From Clostridia bacterium (lineage in GTDB: Bacteria; Bacillota; Clostridia; UBA1212; DUPL01): a DNA stretch of 64,000 nucleotides. Where the stretch lies: the NCBI GenBank assembly GCA_050951325.1, contig JBMNIW010000001.1, positions 96,001-160,000 of the forward strand. Direction: 5' to 3'. The position numbers were made by a program, and so were the translations under genes. Numbering within the stretch: the stretch's first letter is position 1; each line of letters begins with the position of its first letter. Under the pieces are notes generated by a model. That model did not search any database. It was not told the origin of the DNA and saw only the letters and a program-made list of their open reading frames with translations. Positions 60,053-64,000 of the stretch are shown here, piece after piece.

Positions 60053-61420
60053 ATGAACAAAAATTCATGTCTGTTATCATTAAAAAATTCAAATGTAGTT
60101 CCTATTGACTGGAGCAACTTGAACACCAAACCTTTAACCGGCGAGATGACAGAAGGAATAATAAATATTATTAACAATGGAAATAAATTTATTGTGAATG
60201 ACTGGTGGAACAAGGTCTGGAATTTTAATGACGATAACCATAAAGAATACCTGACAATGAAAGGTAACAAAGAACATAGCATAAGACCACTAACCCATAT
60301 GTCACTGGCATTATCCGCAAGCATTGCACTAAACATATATGATGAAAATACAACCGGAGTATCAGTAAAAGATGCTAAAGATATGGCTGTAAAGCTGATA
60401 AAATCCGTCGCAAAAGCCCATTACTCAAACACTCCTGAAGGTTGGGGAAATGCATGGCAAAGTGCGTATTGGGCAGCAGATGTAGCTCTTGCTAGTTGGT
60501 TTTTTTGGGATAATTTTAGCAAAGAAGATCAAAAATACATTCAAAACTGCATAGTAACCGAAGCCAATAGATTTATTGATTACATTGTCCCCTATTATAT
60601 GGACAGAAAAGGAAATATACTGTTTCCAGGCGACTCAAAAGCGGAAGAAAACGCCTGGAATTCCAACATACTTTCTGCAGCTTGCGCCATGATGCCCAAT
60701 CACGAAAACTATAACTTATGGATGTATAAGAACATGGAGCTTATACTTTCGGCCTTTGCAAGACCAAGCGATACGTTAAGGGATATCGAAATAAACGGCT
60801 TTAGGCTTAATGAATTTCTTAAAGGTTCCAACATCAATGAAGATGGCACCGTGGTCAACCACAACATCATTCACCCGGATTACCAGGCAACCATGGCCGT
60901 AAAACTTCTAAATGGTGTCTACTTTGCCTTCGGAAAGCAGAAAGTACCGCAAGCAGTCGTTTTCAACGGAGATGTTATATACGAAAGCTTTGTCAACCTT
61001 GATTTGAAAGACCTGAACAAGGACATGGCAGGACAGTATATTTACAAAAGAAAGCATGACGGGAGCGCTTCCCACGAAATAAATTACCCAAATGGTACCG
61101 ACTGGGGAACCGACAGACAAATATGTTTCTTCCTTATGGATGTGTATGCAGATATGCTGAAGCTGGATAAAAACTTGCCGGTAAAAGCAAAAGACTTTGC
61201 TCTTGCAAGACTGCCCGTGATGAAAGCCATGCAAAGCAGAACGGAAAATGGACAGTACTACCTGTCTACAGATAGCGACAGATACAGAAGCCGGGAGGAA
61301 TGGGTTATGTGGCATGCAATTCACTCCTACATGGCTTTATGGGTAGGAGAAAACGGCATGTATAACATTACCAACGAAAGTCCTTTCAAACCAGATATGC
61401 CATCACAGGATACACCTTAG
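60053..61420 (+). CDS. Paralog of the 56723 core domain lacking lipoprotein signal and C-terminal modules
   Basis: Long colinear identity with 56723 protein (IRPLTHM, GDSKAEENAWNSNILS, NGTDWGTDRQICFF, SREEWVMWHA). Confidence 0.8.
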   Translation: MNKNSCLLSLKNSNVVPIDWSNLNTKPLTGEMTEGIINIINNGNKFIVNDWWNKVWNFNDDNHKEYLTMKGNKEHSIRPLTHMSLALSASIALNIYDENTTGVSVKDAKDMAVKLIKSVAKAHYSNTPEGWGNAWQSAYWAADVALASWFFWDNFSKEDQKYIQNCIVTEANRFIDYIVPYYMDRKGNILFPGDSKAEENAWNSNILSAACAMMPNHENYNLWMYKNMELILSAFARPSDTLRDIEINGFRLNEFLKGSNINEDGTVVNHNIIHPDYQATMAVKLLNGVYFAFGKQKVPQAVVFNGDVIYESFVNLDLKDLNKDMAGQYIYKRKHDGSASHEINYPNGTDWGTDRQICFFLMDVYADMLKLDKNLPVKAKDFALARLPVMKAMQSRTENGQYYLSTDSDRYRSREEWVMWHAIHSYMALWVGENGMYNITNESPFKPDMPSQDTP

Positions 61421-61462
61421 CTTAACTTAACTTCACCTCCTGTGTATATTATACCTACAGTT

Positions 61463-61501
61463 GGTTAAAGCGATGGGAAAATTTCTCCCATCGCTTTAAC
61501 C
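61463..61501. terminator. Long hairpin between convergent genes
   Basis: 16-bp perfect IR GGTTAAAGCGATGGGA...TCCCATCGCTTTAACC. Confidence 0.75.
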
Positions 61502-61567
61502 TGCAGCTCTACACGATATTTTAATAATTTGTAGTTATTTGTTGAACACTTCAATCTCACCAAGCTC

Positions 61568-61736
61568 CTGAAACTCTGCGTGGCTAAAGCCAGCAGGTTC
61601 TAACGTACTTTCCAACTTCTGCACTAACCCGAAAGTATAGTGCCACTAATTGGTTTCCGTTAGACTTTTACCACCAATTGTTCCTACGAACAAATTAACG
61701 GTAGTTTAGGCTCGTTTCAAAACCCATTATATAAAC
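61568..61736 (-). ncRNA. Predicted omegaRNA (reRNA) scaffold of TnpB; 5' end may lie within tnpB
   Basis: About 170 nt between tnpB stop and RE with nested stems (TCTAACG/CGTTAGA, GCACTA/TAGTGC); established TnpB omegaRNA location. Confidence 0.7.
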
Positions 61737-63194
61737 TCATATTACATTCTTTAATGCTTGTCTTACTTCACTATTATTTAATCTTTCAATTTCTTTATCA
61801 TGTAGTATTTTAAACCTCTCAAAATCTCGTTTACATTCTTCTTGATTAATATTGCATAAATCATCGTTAACGTGCTGTATTAAAAATGCACTATATAAAT
61901 CCCTTTGTATTTTAATGCCGTTTAAATCATTCCAACGTTGACTTAATTTTTTCTTATTATATCTGCAATTCAAATGATTATATTGGCTTGCTTTTACTTC
62001 TTTAGTATTAACTTTTATAAGTTTTTCACCAAAATATTTTAATTTATTGTCTAGTATGGTTAATAATTTTGCTGGTGCTTTATTGGCTAAACTTTTACCA
62101 AACCGTTTCTTACGTTTAAATTTACCTTTATCGTTCTTTTCAGTTTTCTTGTTTCGTTTCTGCAATCCTTTAAAATTCATTTCTTCAACTTTTATCTTAT
62201 TACCGAGAGATAATATATAATTACTTAATAATTGGTGTTGATATTCTCTTACGTCTGCTTGTTTTCTATATAATTCTCTTAGTTTGTTCTGTGCTTTAAT
62301 ATATCTATTAGATTTGACCCATTTAAGTTTACCTTTTTTTATTGTACCATCTTCATTAAAATTATCAGGATTATTAGCACGTCTGCTTCTATCCATATAC
62401 CTCAAAATTCTACGCTTTTCTTTTTCAATATTATTTACTCTATCGGCTAATTCTAATAATTTTACATCTACATTTGATACTATTGCTATTGTTTGAGTAC
62501 CAATATCTAACCCCACTGTACCATTTCCTATATGTCTTTTAACCTCACCATCTTTATTTATCTTCATAGGAGGTACACCTTTGAATACTATTTGAAGATA
62601 ATATTTGTATTTACCTTTTATAAATCTACGTTTAATTCTACAATAGCATATTTCATCTTTTAGTGCTTGGTACTCATAAGGATTATTATAATCTATTTTT
62701 ACAGATATTTTTAACCCATTCCATATAAGAAAACCATCTTTAAATCTTATGCCTGTTTTATTGCTTTTACCTTCAAGAGAATCTAATTCTCCATATTTTT
62801 TGAAGTGTACTATTTCACCATCTCCAAACAATAAATCTTCAAATGCACTCCATACTCTTGTTGCTATTTTTTGTGCTGTGAAACTATCTATATTTTCCGA
62901 GAAATGATGTTGCATTTCTTGTATATCTTCATGTAGTGAATATTCATTGAGCCTATATTGCTTATACATTTCATTTAATTGCTTATATAATAGTTTCTTC
63001 TCTTTTTCATTTGCATTATTAATTTGCTCCTTTAACTGCCTATATTTTTTAGTTTCAATCATAGATTTATAACGTTTATATGCTTTAGATAATACAGCAT
63101 TGTATAATTGTCTGCTAATTTCAAAACGCTTATTTAAAATAGTTTCTTGATACTTTTCAGTTATTAATGGAAATGTTACACAATATCGACTCAT
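61737..63194 (-). CDS. tnpB: RNA-guided endonuclease TnpB (long, 485 aa)
   Basis: RuvC-I GLDIG, RuvC-II KVEEM, RuvC-III QRDLYSA; YYLQIV wedge strand. Confidence 0.88.
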   Translation of the reverse strand: MSRYCVTFPLITEKYQETILNKRFEISRQLYNAVLSKAYKRYKSMIETKKYRQLKEQINNANEKEKKLLYKQLNEMYKQYRLNEYSLHEDIQEMQHHFSENIDSFTAQKIATRVWSAFEDLLFGDGEIVHFKKYGELDSLEGKSNKTGIRFKDGFLIWNGLKISVKIDYNNPYEYQALKDEICYCRIKRRFIKGKYKYYLQIVFKGVPPMKINKDGEVKRHIGNGTVGLDIGTQTIAIVSNVDVKLLELADRVNNIEKEKRRILRYMDRSRRANNPDNFNEDGTIKKGKLKWVKSNRYIKAQNKLRELYRKQADVREYQHQLLSNYILSLGNKIKVEEMNFKGLQKRNKKTEKNDKGKFKRKKRFGKSLANKAPAKLLTILDNKLKYFGEKLIKVNTKEVKASQYNHLNCRYNKKKLSQRWNDLNGIKIQRDLYSAFLIQHVNDDLCNINQEECKRDFERFKILHDKEIERLNNSEVRQALKNVI

Positions 63195-63211
63195 AAATAT
63201 TCACCACCTTT

Positions 63212-63610
63212 CTATACGTTTTTTTGATTTTCTATATATTTTTGTATTGTTTCTTCTGAAATATATCCTATAGTGCAACAAAAATAACTTCGTGTCCAAA
63301 GAGAAGGTATTCTACTTCTTAACTCTGGATATTTATTTCTTAATATCCTACTACTTGTTCCTTTAAAATATCTTATTAATTCATGCAGTGGTTGTCGTGG
63401 GTCAAAACTTATAAACATATGAACATGGTCGGGCATTATTTCTAATGCTTTTATTTCAACATTCTTTTCTTTTGCAATATCATAAAATATTTGTCTTAAA
63501 TCTTTTTCAATATTACCAACCAATACTTTCCTTCTATATTTAGGACAAAACACTATATGATATTGGTTAAGATATACAATACCTTCTTTGTGTATATATT
63601 TATCATTCAT
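63212..63610 (-). CDS. tnpA: IS200/IS605 HUH (Y1) transposase
   Basis: YHIVFCPKYRR, DHVH, KGTSSR, LWTRSYF, YIENQ. Confidence 0.96.
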   Translation of the reverse strand: MNDKYIHKEGIVYLNQYHIVFCPKYRRKVLVGNIEKDLRQIFYDIAKEKNVEIKALEIMPDHVHMFISFDPRQPLHELIRYFKGTSSRILRNKYPELRSRIPSLWTRSYFCCTIGYISEETIQKYIENQKNV

Positions 63611-64000
63611 TAGATATTCACCACCTATCTAATTATAATATAGCATAATATTAGATGGGTGTCAAGTATCTAATAAGCCTTCATCCCAACGACTAAAGTC
63701 GTGGGCTTTCGGCTAAGTTTTCTGTAAACCCAGCCATACTTGTTTCGTATGAGTTTTGGAACAACAAACTTTATATACCTGGCTTTTGTTTTTTCAATAT
63801 TAATCTTTAACTCCTTTTCAACAGGCAGTGCAACCTGCTCATTGGCTATTTCTACCCAGTTATCGTTGCCATCTGACACCAATATCTTAAACCTCTGTGG
63901 AAACACGGTACCATCAGCAGGATGTAATACAATCTCGTTAAACTCCTTTTGGGTTCTAAAATCAAACAAAACAAACTGCTCCGTACTTTCCTTTGCTATA

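Larger units (their letters stand above)
61568..63723 (-). mobile_element. IS200/IS605-family insertion sequence (IS605 group, tnpA+tnpB tandem), 2156 bp
   Basis: LE hairpin CCCACGACTTTAGTCGTTGGG (63705-63685); RE hairpin CTGCTGGCTTTAGCCACGCAG (61596-61576); inserted after TTTAC; ends TTCAG; visibly more AT-rich than flanks. Confidence 0.92.
61535..64000 (-). pseudogene. F5/8 type C domain gene interrupted by the IS (pieces 63724-64000 and 61535-61567)
   Basis: Frame open from window end (..EQFVLFDF..KARYIKFVV..KYGWVY); joining across the IS restores ELGEIEVFNK-stop in frame. Confidence 0.8.

Noticed and set aside
61568-63723. IStron (group I intron-IS605 hybrid), suggested by terminal G and insertion inside a CDS
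   Set aside because: Only about 110 nt lie between the left end and tnpA, too short for a group I intron, and the upstream flank ends in C rather than U.
63670-63969. Independent 99-aa ORF
   Set aside because: It is the tail of a longer gene entering from the window edge, fused to IS left-end sequence.
1-64000. CRISPR array, rRNA or tRNA genes
   Set aside because: No regularly spaced direct repeats or structural RNA signatures; intergenic gaps are short.

Overview
Chromosomal window from a low-GC Gram-positive anaerobe (Clostridia-like, inferred from gene content and order). 1-18.7 kb (minus strand) is a flgB-to-motB flagellar operon preceded by a cheC-cheD-cheY-cheA-cheW-mcp-cheW-cheR chemotaxis cluster. 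19-61 kb is an accessory region rich in secreted or membrane-anchored putative glycan-active proteins: two GH99/GH71-like paralogs, a LamG-LamG-GH172(DUF2961) protein, a GH36, a six-hairpin-like orphan, F5/8-type C lipoproteins and a paralogous pair of unknown lipoprotein-family enzymes. It also holds a tightly coupled operon that places an unassigned glycyl-radical enzyme, its activase, a Zn-dependent dehydrogenase and YjbQ between surface glycosidase-like genes; this is the best candidate for an undescribed system. Also present are a YtrA/GntR-ABC-cdd operon, a Crp/Fnr-hemerythrin-DUF1858 module with a class II operator, and c-di-GMP genes. At the right end is a complete IS200/IS605 element (tnpA plus a long TnpB lacking the usual Zn-finger cysteines). 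Its exact ends (61568-63723), target motif and omegaRNA guide can be read from the sequence, and it interrupts an F5/8-domain gene. Several genes carry single-base frameshifts (real decay or assembly error). No rRNA, tRNA or CRISPR array was seen. All family assignments are by motif recognition by eye, without database searches.
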